64,000 bases of DNA from NCBI GenBank assembly GCA_030606485.1, contig JAUWGH010000002.1, positions 134,192 through 198,191 of the forward strand, read 5' to 3'. Position numbers and translations under genes: made by a program. Within the stretch, counting starts at the first letter, position 1; every line of letters begins with the position of its first letter. Positions 18,813 through 28,490 of this stretch are shown piece after piece. Source of the stretch: Promethearchaeota archaeon (GTDB lineage Archaea; Asgardarchaeota; Lokiarchaeia; Sigyniarchaeales; SOKP01). The notes below the pieces were generated by a model. The model ran no database searches. It was not told the origin of the DNA and saw only the letters and a list, made by a program, of their open reading frames with translations.

Positions 18813-20300
18813 TTGCCTAGAAATAATTCATATACTTTTACATTTATCAAAAAAATTTTCAATTTTAGAAGTTTAAAAAAGGCATTATTGGTGATATTTA
18901 CGATAAAAAAAAATATTAAGATCTTTGCATTACTCTTGATAAGTGGAACGATTATAGCAGGATTATCTTTGAGTACATTCTTGATCTTCTACGAGGATAT
19001 TGGAGAAATTAAAGGATCATTTGAAATATTTGGAAGAGATCACGAAGTGTCGAAAATCGAATTATACAATAATGTTAAAATTGGATCTATCGATTTTAAA
19101 TTACTCCCGGAAAGTTCAACAAAAATTATAGAAGCATTTTGGGAAATTAAATATGAGACAGTTCTATTTGAATCCGGTTTAATATCATTCGATATATCGA
19201 ATAGGACTAATGGAGATATCCTAGAAATTTATTTTGAAATCGAAGGTTTAGAATATGCTATTACACGAGAATTTACTCTTTGGAATATAACTGTGGGTAT
19301 CAGCTCTAATTACGATCTTTACAACTTTACTAGCGATTCTGAAGCTGGAAGCGTAAATTTTGACGCTTATGGTATTGATTTCGGCAAATTTGAAGTTAAA
19401 ACCACAACGGGTAATGTTGATATTGACTTGAATAGAAGCATAATTTTTAACGATTTTAAGATTGACACGATGTCAGGAGAACAGTTTCTCACTTTAGATT
19501 TCATTTCAATTGATGGTGATATTGTTTGTAGTTCAACATCAGGATTTATGTTCCTTAATTTTTGGAATGTTCAGTTCTTATCAGAAGGAAACTTGAAAGT
19601 ATCTTCGACAACGGGAAAAATCAACGCAAGGTGGGCAACTCATTTCAAGAAATCGCATAAAGTAGATGTTACTTTAGAGACTAATTTTAATATTGAATTT
19701 CGTTATTGGTATCCAATAGATAATACAAGATTTGATGTTCATTTAAGCGAAACCACTGGTTCAAGCCATTTAGGTGGAACTGCGGCACTTTTTAATGAGA
19801 TTACCCCTTATCATTACCAATCAACTAATATTGGTGATTTAAGCATTGATTACCTCAGAATCAATGTAAGTACAAATGAAGGCGATATTTTTTTAAAGTT
19901 AGTGGATTGTTTTAAACCTCGTAGGTTCTGTGGCAGATACTCTAATACTCCTTACAATGTAAATGCTACAGGGTCATATGCAATACTTAAAGCAGATTAC
20001 GATGTATCTACAATCAAAATCTACAACCGAGCAGAAAATGTTGTTATTAATTTCAATTCTCTTCCAGACAATTCTGCAAATATTATTAAAGCAAATTGGC
20101 TACTTACATATTGGCACGGTGCTAATTATGGATACGGCACTATTGAAGTGAAGTTTACTACTGAGATCGAAAAAAACACTTTAATAATATATATTGATCT
20201 GGTGTATGAACTTGATAGATTAAGACCTATGTTTATTAAATGTGATTTTAATGTACAAGTTAGTCCAAATTATAACTTTATTATTATTGAAGCGAAATGA
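18813..20300 (+). CDS. N-terminally membrane-anchored beta-rich surface protein (DUF4097/putative-adhesin-like repeats)
   Basis: 495 aa. One TM (IFALLLISGTIIAGLSLSTFLIF), then repeated T(T/S)GxI/V strands (TTTGNVDIDL, SSTSGFMFLNF, SSTTGKINARW, STNEGDIFLKL). TTG start. Confidence 0.45.
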   Translation: MPRNNSYTFTFIKKIFNFRSLKKALLVIFTIKKNIKIFALLLISGTIIAGLSLSTFLIFYEDIGEIKGSFEIFGRDHEVSKIELYNNVKIGSIDFKLLPESSTKIIEAFWEIKYETVLFESGLISFDISNRTNGDILEIYFEIEGLEYAITREFTLWNITVGISSNYDLYNFTSDSEAGSVNFDAYGIDFGKFEVKTTTGNVDIDLNRSIIFNDFKIDTMSGEQFLTLDFISIDGDIVCSSTSGFMFLNFWNVQFLSEGNLKVSSTTGKINARWATHFKKSHKVDVTLETNFNIEFRYWYPIDNTRFDVHLSETTGSSHLGGTAALFNEITPYHYQSTNIGDLSIDYLRINVSTNEGDIFLKLVDCFKPRRFCGRYSNTPYNVNATGSYAILKADYDVSTIKIYNRAENVVINFNSLPDNSANIIKANWLLTYWHGANYGYGTIEVKFTTEIEKNTLIIYIDLVYELDRLRPMFIKCDFNVQVSPNYNFIIIEAK

Positions 20301-20341
20301 AAAATCTATTCGAGTTTTAAAAATAAAAACTTGAATTTAAA

Positions 20342-20505
20342 ATGGCTACAGCTGATGTTTATTTTTTTAACGCAAATGTTTTGAAATCTAAAGACCCGCT
20401 TATATTCGTTTTCTTTATGATCATGTGAAAGAGTTTGTGGATGAGGATTATCCAGTGCTGGAGGTGAATATGGTGGTAAAGCTAGCGAGGAAGAATACCT
20501 AAAAC
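20342..20505 (+). pseudogene. Decayed fragment of a COG2768/DUF362 Fe-S protein gene (paralog of 21947..23164)
   Basis: MATADVYFFNANVLKSKDP matches MVAKADVYFFSATALKSKDS. YIRFLYDHVKEFV matches YMRFLCDYVKKFG. A frameshifted AGGEYGGKASEEEYL matches SGGEYGGRASEEEYL. Large internal deletions and stops are present. Confidence 0.65.
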
Positions 20506-20541
20506 CCTTTTCCTATAACTTTTTTTACTCTTAAGATGATT

Positions 20542-21024
20542 CTATAAATCTTTATCTAGGATTAACTTAGTTTTGTTTTGTTTTGTTTTTTCAGATTTGT
20601 GAGTGTATATTGTGATAATTACATTTATTATAAACACTCCAAAAACAATGAATCCCATAATGAGATTGATTACGAAAGAAATTGCTAATAAACCCCAGAA
20701 AGCAATGTAATAAAAAAGAACGTATGGAACTACTATCTTTAGATTGGTACGGAATTCGATCTTCAATATATAATCCAACATCATTTCGATCATCAAAAAG
20801 CTAATTATTATAATGATATAGATGATAATCCATAATTCTTTTCCAGTAAAGATATAGTTAAGCATGATTATGAAAAGTGGTATGGCACATGTTATGACAA
20901 TGTAGCCAATTGCATGCTCCACTTGTTCAAATCCTTTTTTCCTTACGATGAAAATTGCGATAATAAGAATATTCAACAAGGTAGCGATAAAGAGGAATAA
21001 TCCATCAAAGAAATTCAAATTCAT
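20542..21024 (-). CDS. Small polytopic membrane protein (unknown family)
   Basis: 160 aa, 4-5 TM. Paralog of 21223..21684, sharing GKELWII, L(D)xIxKxxFRxN and VPY blocks. Confidence 0.6.
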   Translation of the reverse strand: MNLNFFDGLFLFIATLLNILIIAIFIVRKKGFEQVEHAIGYIVITCAIPLFIIMLNYIFTGKELWIIIYIIIIISFLMIEMMLDYILKIEFRTNLKIVVPYVLFYYIAFWGLLAISFVINLIMGFIVFGVFIINVIITIYTHKSEKTKQNKTKLILDKDL

Positions 21025-21222
21025 ACTTCTTAAAAAGAGTTTAATTCATTTAAATATAATTATGAAAGATAATTTTCGTTAATTTTATCGCTAATTCTGA
21101 GCTTATAGCACGGTGACTGAGATTGATTTGCTATCATATATTTTTTAATCAATGGTGTCTTTATTTTTTTCACAATATTCTTAATTGAAATAATTAAGTT
21201 ATACTTCTATGGTGAAATAATA

Positions 21223-21684
21223 ATGGCGATTAGTTTATTTGACTGGATTTATAGCATTTCAGCAATGTTATTTTTTTCCTTGATAATTTCCATCTTCATA
21301 GCAGTGAAGAAAGAAAAACCCGATTTAGTAGTTAAGAAAATAGGAATAGCTTTCCTCTCTCTTTCAATACCTATAACTTTAGTATTAATCAATTACATCC
21401 TTGTTGGAAAAGAGCTCTGGATAATAGTCCTAATAATTATAACTCTGGGTTTGTTCTTGGCACAATTATTCTTAGATTTCATATTTAAATATGATTTTCG
21501 AGAGAATTGGAAAACCCACGTTCCCTATATAATTCTCATGTATGTTGTATGTTTTGGGTTTATATTCATAACAATCGCAATTGATCCAATTCTTGGATGG
21601 ATTGTTTCATTTTTGTTCTGGGCATTTTTAGGGGCGGTAATTTATCTATACACGGAAAAAAGGAAAAAAATCAAAATTGAATAG
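21223..21684 (+). CDS. Small polytopic membrane protein, paralog of 20542..21024
   Basis: 153 aa, colinear similarity to the divergently transcribed neighbour. Confidence 0.6.
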   Translation: MAISLFDWIYSISAMLFFSLIISIFIAVKKEKPDLVVKKIGIAFLSLSIPITLVLINYILVGKELWIIVLIIITLGLFLAQLFLDFIFKYDFRENWKTHVPYIILMYVVCFGFIFITIAIDPILGWIVSFLFWAFLGAVIYLYTEKRKKIKIE

Positions 21685-21946
21685 TAATCTCATTCATCTA
21701 AAAGCCTTTTTTTTTATTTTTACTTTATTTTCTAAAACTCAGTCTTGTGAAAGAAAACAGGTTATTTACGCTTTATAATAGGTCAAAGTCCCATAAAATG
21801 TTAATGATTCCTAGAATTTCAATTAATTTTATATCTAGAAAATTTATTTTATCATACTTTTCTTCGATATCCTTTTTTTAAAAAAAGATTTTTCTTATAT
21901 TCACTAATTTAATAATTAAAATAAAATAAAATAAAAAGTTGAATTT

Positions 21947-23164
21947 ATGGTGGCTAAAGCTGACGTATATTTTTTTAGTGCAACTGCTCTAAAATCAAAA
22001 GATTCCTTATCAAAAGTTAAAGGACCTCTAAGTCTTGATTATCTTGGATTTAATAAAAAGGTAAAAAAAAATGATAACGTTTGTATTAAGACGCATTTTG
22101 GGGCATTGGAAAATACACGGTATTTAAGACCCACTTACATGCGTTTCCTTTGCGATTATGTAAAAAAGTTTGGAGCTATTCCATCAGTTGCAGAAAGCTG
22201 TGGTTGGGGATTGCCAGGCAGTGGAGGAGAATATGGAGGGAGAGCTAGTGAGGAAGAATATCTGGAGGTCGCATTAAAACATGGGTTTACAAAAGAAACT
22301 ATGGGAAGTCCCATATTAATGCTAGATGGACCAATAGGAATAGATTATGAAATCCAAAAAATTAATGGCAAATGGTTTAATGAAGTATTAGTCGTCGGAA
22401 GATTAAGAGAATTTGATTTACTTATCTCCGCTGCCCATTTTAAAGGACATCCAGGCACAGGTTTTGGCGGAGCGTTAAAAAATATAGGTATTGGGTGCGT
22501 ATCAAAAGGTGGAAAAGTACAAGCTCATACTGGTAAAAATTTAACAAGAAATTTTGAAAAATGTATTGATGAATGCACAGCTTGTATTGATATCTGTCCT
22601 ACTCATTCTTTACAAAAAGATTCAAATAATAAAATTACATACAACCAAGATACATGTAAACTTTGTTATATGTGTGTATCGGCATGTAATGAGGAAGTTT
22701 TCCAAAGAGAAAAAATAGCTCGTGAACAATTTATCGAACATATGATTGATAACGCTCTTGGTGTAGTTGAATTTTTTGGTCAGGATAAAATATTTTACAT
22801 TAATTACGCTATTGACATAACTCACCAATGCGATTGCTCGGGTGGTTCTGACGTAAACTTCGTCCAAGACGTCGGAATTCTCGCTAGTAGAGATCCGGTA
22901 GCAGTTGATATGGCATGTGTTGATCTTGTTCATAAATCACCTGCGTTACATAGTTCGTGTTTAGATGGATTATATATTCCAGAGAAAGATGGCATTCATG
23001 AATGGTTTTCTTATATTCCAAGGTTTGACTATGAAAATAATGAAACAGATTTAAACAAGGAAGGAAAATATCAAGACTTTTGGAAAATTCAATTAAATGC
23101 TGCTGAAAAATTAGGGCTTGGTACAAAAAATTATAACTTAATTGAAATAACTGAGTTAGAATAA
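21947..23164 (+). CDS. Uncharacterised Fe-S centre protein (DUF362 domain plus 2x[4Fe-4S] ferredoxin-type motifs)
   Basis: 405 aa. The N-terminal ADVYFF...VCIKTHFGALENTRYLRP pattern is typical of the COG2768/DUF362 family. Cys clusters CIDECTACIDICP and CKLCYMCVSACNEE. Confidence 0.65.
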   Translation: MVAKADVYFFSATALKSKDSLSKVKGPLSLDYLGFNKKVKKNDNVCIKTHFGALENTRYLRPTYMRFLCDYVKKFGAIPSVAESCGWGLPGSGGEYGGRASEEEYLEVALKHGFTKETMGSPILMLDGPIGIDYEIQKINGKWFNEVLVVGRLREFDLLISAAHFKGHPGTGFGGALKNIGIGCVSKGGKVQAHTGKNLTRNFEKCIDECTACIDICPTHSLQKDSNNKITYNQDTCKLCYMCVSACNEEVFQREKIAREQFIEHMIDNALGVVEFFGQDKIFYINYAIDITHQCDCSGGSDVNFVQDVGILASRDPVAVDMACVDLVHKSPALHSSCLDGLYIPEKDGIHEWFSYIPRFDYENNETDLNKEGKYQDFWKIQLNAAEKLGLGTKNYNLIEITELE

Positions 23165-23185
23165 AAAGAAAAAAAATAAGTTTAA

Positions 23186-23470
23186 TTAATCGATATCTAA
23201 ATCTCCAAAATTATAGTACTTTCTTACAGGTTTCTTGACATTCCAAATACACTTAAGGCCCTTTTTAAATTGTACCAAGTCGCCCTTCTCAAAAGATATT
23301 TTCGATCCATCTGCTCCAGTAACTTCAACCTCACCTTCTAAAATATAACACGTTTCAGTATCATCATAGAACCAATCAAATTCAGAAACTTCCTTAGACC
23401 AAGTCCCCCAAGCTTCAACATTAAGTTTTTTTAACTCATCTTCAGTTGGTTTTTTCTTTTTCATTGACAT
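23186..23470 (-). CDS. Small cupin-fold protein (cupin_3/DUF861-like)
   Basis: 94 aa. W-W...ETCYILEGEVEVT...GDLVQF...W matches the single-domain cupin pattern. Confidence 0.65.
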   Translation of the reverse strand: MSMKKKKPTEDELKKLNVEAWGTWSKEVSEFDWFYDDTETCYILEGEVEVTGADGSKISFEKGDLVQFKKGLKCIWNVKKPVRKYYNFGDLDID

Positions 23471-23569
23471 AATTTAACACCAATAACAATTTCGATATAA
23501 ATAAAATATATACTTTTAAATTTTTAAATAATCAAACTATAAATTAAAAAAAAACATTTGAGAGTAGAA

Positions 23570-25300
23570 ATGAGTGAAAAAAGTGAAAATAGTAAAGCTT
23601 CTAAAACTGGTGGAGATTTATTAATTGAATGTCTTCTTCAAGAAAATGTGAAATATTTGTTTGGAATACCCGGTGGGCAACTTTTACCTATGTATGATGC
23701 AGTTTATAGATGGGGTAAAGAGAAAGGAATTCAAACAATACTTGTAAGACATGAACAAGCTGCAGCTCATGCAGCAGATGCGTATGCACGTGTTACTGGA
23801 GAATTGGGTGCATGTTTTGGGACCGTGGGACCGGGTGTAACCGATATGGTTCCTGGCGTCGGAGCTGCTTGGTCTGATAATATACCTCTTCTAGTAATTG
23901 GTGCTCAAGTAAAACGAGAATTAGACGGTAAATCTACACTTCAGGGCGATCTTGATCAAATAACCTTAATGAAACCCATTACAAAAGCTCAATTTAGAAT
24001 TCAAAATCCTTTAGAGATTCCTAAAATTATTCCTAGAGCAATTAGAAGTGCATTTTCGGGTACTATGGGGCCTGTTTATGTGGATATTCGGGAAGAGGCT
24101 TTTTATGGGCAAGTTCCTTCAGATGCAAAATATGAGATATTATCCCCCGATAAATATCGACCTCAATTAGGCGTTGCTGGAGATTCTATTGCGATAAATG
24201 ATGCTATAAAACTTATAAAAAATGCAAAAAAGCCTTTAATAATTTGTGGAGGAGAAGTTAATAGTTATAATGCGTCAGTAGAATTAAAAAAATTATCAGA
24301 AAAGTATGCAATTCCTGCGGCTACATCTGGTACGGGTATTGGGGGAATTTCAAGTGATTCTCCAACTCATTTAGGTGCTGGTGCAATTTCTGATGCTGTT
24401 ATGAATGCTGCAAATAATGCGGATGTTGTAATTTCAGTTGGATGTAAATGGGATTATACAATGGGGTTAGGACTTCCACCATTATGGCCTAAAGATCAAA
24501 AATTAATACAGATAAATATAGACCCTTCCGAAATTGGAAAAAATAGACCCGTAGATGTTAGTATTGTGGGAAACTGTAAGAATATACTAACTCAATTACT
24601 TGAAAAATTAGAAGGAGAAATACCGGAAAATCATTTTTCGCAGTGGAATATTGAACAACAGGAACAAAAAGAAGATGCATTGAAAAGAAGATTAAAAAAA
24701 TTTAATTCAGAAAAAGTTCCAATACTTCCCGAGAGGTTTATCAAGGAAACGCTTGAATTTTTTCCATCAAATTCAATTATAATTATGGATGGTGGGAATA
24801 CTTCTTTTTATGCAGGAGAACAAATGGATTTATATAAACCACGCCCTCCAAGAAGTACGTTAGCTTCAGTTGGTATGGGACACCTTGGTGCTGGAATCGG
24901 TTTTGCGCTGGGCGCTAAATTAGCGTATCCAGATAGGCATACTGTAATCATACAAGGTGATGGAAGCTTTTTATTTAATGTTCAAGAGCTTGAAACTGCA
25001 ATACGATACAATTTGCCCTTTATTATAGTTATTGCTAATGATAGCGCTTGGGGTATGATTAAGTCTGGACAATCAATGTTTTCAGGAAAACGATATTTTA
25101 ATGTTGATATACCAGATATAGATTATGCATCAATTGCTAAAGGATTCGGTTGTTATGCTGAAACTGTCGATAAACCAGAAGAGATTAAACTTGCCTTGCA
25201 GAGGGCTGTCAATTCGGGAAAAACTGCCGTTATAAATGTAAAAATTAAATGGGACACTCCAAAAGCCACAAAAACACTATTTAACCTAGGTATAATTTAA
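23570..25300 (+). CDS. Thiamine-diphosphate-dependent enzyme of the acetolactate synthase large-subunit family
   Basis: About 576 aa from the ATG at 23570 (track start TTG at 23558). Three-domain layout with TPP motif GDGSFLFNVQELETAIRYNLP...ANDSAWG. Confidence 0.85.
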   Translation: MSEKSENSKASKTGGDLLIECLLQENVKYLFGIPGGQLLPMYDAVYRWGKEKGIQTILVRHEQAAAHAADAYARVTGELGACFGTVGPGVTDMVPGVGAAWSDNIPLLVIGAQVKRELDGKSTLQGDLDQITLMKPITKAQFRIQNPLEIPKIIPRAIRSAFSGTMGPVYVDIREEAFYGQVPSDAKYEILSPDKYRPQLGVAGDSIAINDAIKLIKNAKKPLIICGGEVNSYNASVELKKLSEKYAIPAATSGTGIGGISSDSPTHLGAGAISDAVMNAANNADVVISVGCKWDYTMGLGLPPLWPKDQKLIQINIDPSEIGKNRPVDVSIVGNCKNILTQLLEKLEGEIPENHFSQWNIEQQEQKEDALKRRLKKFNSEKVPILPERFIKETLEFFPSNSIIIMDGGNTSFYAGEQMDLYKPRPPRSTLASVGMGHLGAGIGFALGAKLAYPDRHTVIIQGDGSFLFNVQELETAIRYNLPFIIVIANDSAWGMIKSGQSMFSGKRYFNVDIPDIDYASIAKGFGCYAETVDKPEEIKLALQRAVNSGKTAVINVKIKWDTPKATKTLFNLGII

Positions 25301-25383
25301 TTCAAAGAAAAAAAAGGAGTTTAAATATCAACTTCTAGAGATTACAATAGGTTTATTTAATTAAGCCTATGGTGATTATTTAA

Positions 25384-25494
25384 ATGAATAAGAAAAGTAT
25401 TATAGCTTTAGCAATTTTATTAGCGGTTGCATATGGGATCAATATGTCCATGGCAGGAGTAGCGATTCCTGGCTGTGCTGATGGAGTTCCGTAA
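25384..25494 (+). CDS. Possible 36-aa signal-peptide-bearing small protein
   Basis: ATG at 25384 encodes MNKKSIIALAILLAVAYGINMSMAGVAIPGCADGVP, stop at 25492-25494, followed by long T-runs (25514-25537). Below the ORF-track size cutoff, with no homolog recognised. Confidence 0.25.
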   Translation: MNKKSIIALAILLAVAYGINMSMAGVAIPGCADGVP

Positions 25495-25616
25495 GTAATT
25501 CAAGCTAATAAACATTTTTTTTCTACTTTTTTTTTTGAGAACTTAAATGACTAATAATTTTTCAAAAAAACTTTTTAATCTGTAATTCACAAAGAATTTT
25601 GGACATCTTTTATTGA

Positions 25617-26939
<1,323 letters not shown>

Positions 26940-27060
26940 ATTTTATTTTGTCCAAATTTATAAAATTAACTTCTCAATAACAATATTTTATTTAAATAGA
27001 TCTTACGAATTAATATATTAAAATTAATTAAAAACAAATTCTCTCTCTTATGGAAAAATA

Positions 27061-28134
27061 ATGAGATTAGGTCAAAAAGAAAAACTGTTTTTAGATTTAA
27101 TGAGAAATTTTATCGAAGCAATAAATGGAATAGAAGCTATTTGGATGTATGATCGAGAAGGTCTTTTGATTAGCAAATATGCTCGAGCAGAATTATCTAA
27201 AGATGGATTAAATGAATATGAAAGAGAAGAAATTTATGGCGCTTTTGCTAGTATATTCGATCCTTTATTAAAAAAAATTAATTCTGAATATAAAATTGGA
27301 GAATTGGGTTCAATCACATTTGAAACTCAAGATCATCATATAATTTTTATAGAAGCAGGCCCAAAAGCTATAGTTCTCATCATAACAATGTATGATTTGG
27401 AAATAAGTTCAATCTTACCATATTGTTATTTATTTGTTGAAAAGGTTGTCCAGATAATAGAAGAGAGTTTTGATTTAAAATATAATACATTGATGATACC
27501 AAAATTAATAATTGGTAATTCCTTTGATAATACTTTAAAAAGTTCCTTTGCAAAAACGGAAAATAATGAAATATATATAGGTAGAAAAAAAGAAGTTAAC
27601 TTTTTTAAACTTATTATTATCGGGGATGCTGCAGTTGGAAAGACGAGTATGATTTCTCGTTTTGTAAAAGGGAAGTTTTCAACGGATTACAGACCCACTT
27701 TAGGGATTTCCATAACAACTATGCGATTTAGCATTCAAGGTTTTGAAGATTCTGTAGTGCGTTTTTTGATTTTTGATTTAGCTGGTCAAGAATTTTTCAA
27801 ACGTGTTAGACGTATGTATTATACAGGAGCACAAGCAGTTTTTGTAGTATATGATATAACAAGAAGAGAAACATTTGAGGGAGCAGACTTTTGGTTTGAA
27901 GATGCTAAAAAAGAATTGGGAGATATACCTTTTGTATTAATTGGAAATAAAATCGACTTAGAAAATGAAAGGCAAATATCAACCGAAGAAGGAATGGAAA
28001 AAGCGAAGAATTTTAGATGCACATTCGTTGAGACTTCTGTTAAGACTAATGTAAATGTTCAAGATACATTTAAAATTTTAGGAATTGGAATGTTTTTTAG
28101 AAAAATTGAAGATTTAGATGTTCCTAAATCTTAA
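27061..28134 (+). CDS. Roadblock/LC7 (MglB-like) domain fused to a Rab/Ras-like small GTPase
   Basis: 357 aa. The N-terminal ~135 aa have a Roadblock-like pattern (IEAIWMYDREGLLIS...HIIFIEAGPKAIVLII). The C-terminal GTPase has G1 GDAAVGKTS, G3 DLAGQE, G4 GNKIDL and G5 ETSVKT. Confidence 0.75.
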   Translation: MRLGQKEKLFLDLMRNFIEAINGIEAIWMYDREGLLISKYARAELSKDGLNEYEREEIYGAFASIFDPLLKKINSEYKIGELGSITFETQDHHIIFIEAGPKAIVLIITMYDLEISSILPYCYLFVEKVVQIIEESFDLKYNTLMIPKLIIGNSFDNTLKSSFAKTENNEIYIGRKKEVNFFKLIIIGDAAVGKTSMISRFVKGKFSTDYRPTLGISITTMRFSIQGFEDSVVRFLIFDLAGQEFFKRVRRMYYTGAQAVFVVYDITRRETFEGADFWFEDAKKELGDIPFVLIGNKIDLENERQISTEEGMEKAKNFRCTFVETSVKTNVNVQDTFKILGIGMFFRKIEDLDVPKS

Positions 28135-28306
28135 TTTTTACAATTCTTAATTAGATCTACAAGATCTATAGGTGTTAATATAATTTGCATTTAGAAGAAA
28201 TAAAAATCTATCTTGTTTTATCTCCTCATATTAATTATTATCATTCCGCATTACCTTCACAAATAATTATACCTCCGTGATTATGAAGGTTATAGAGGTG
28301 ATATGA

Positions 28307-28462
28307 ATGGTCCATCAGGTTTCGATCGTTAAAAAACTTGATCTAAAAACTCTTATTACTAAAAGAATAACGTTAGAGGAAGCTGTTGATGCATTCAAAT
28401 ATTATGATCGCGAAAAATGGATAAAAATAATTGTTGAACCGCAAAAAAAAATAACAAAATAA
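28307..28462 (+). pseudogene. Orphan C-terminal fragment of a medium-chain (zinc) alcohol dehydrogenase-family gene
   Basis: The 51-codon ORF ends ...LDLKTLITKRITLEEAVDAFKYYDREKWIKIIVEP, the typical C-terminal strand-helix-strand of MDR dehydrogenases. No catalytic or Rossmann domain lies upstream. Confidence 0.45.
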
Positions 28463-28490
28463 AAAAAAATTATTGAAATTATAATTTAAA

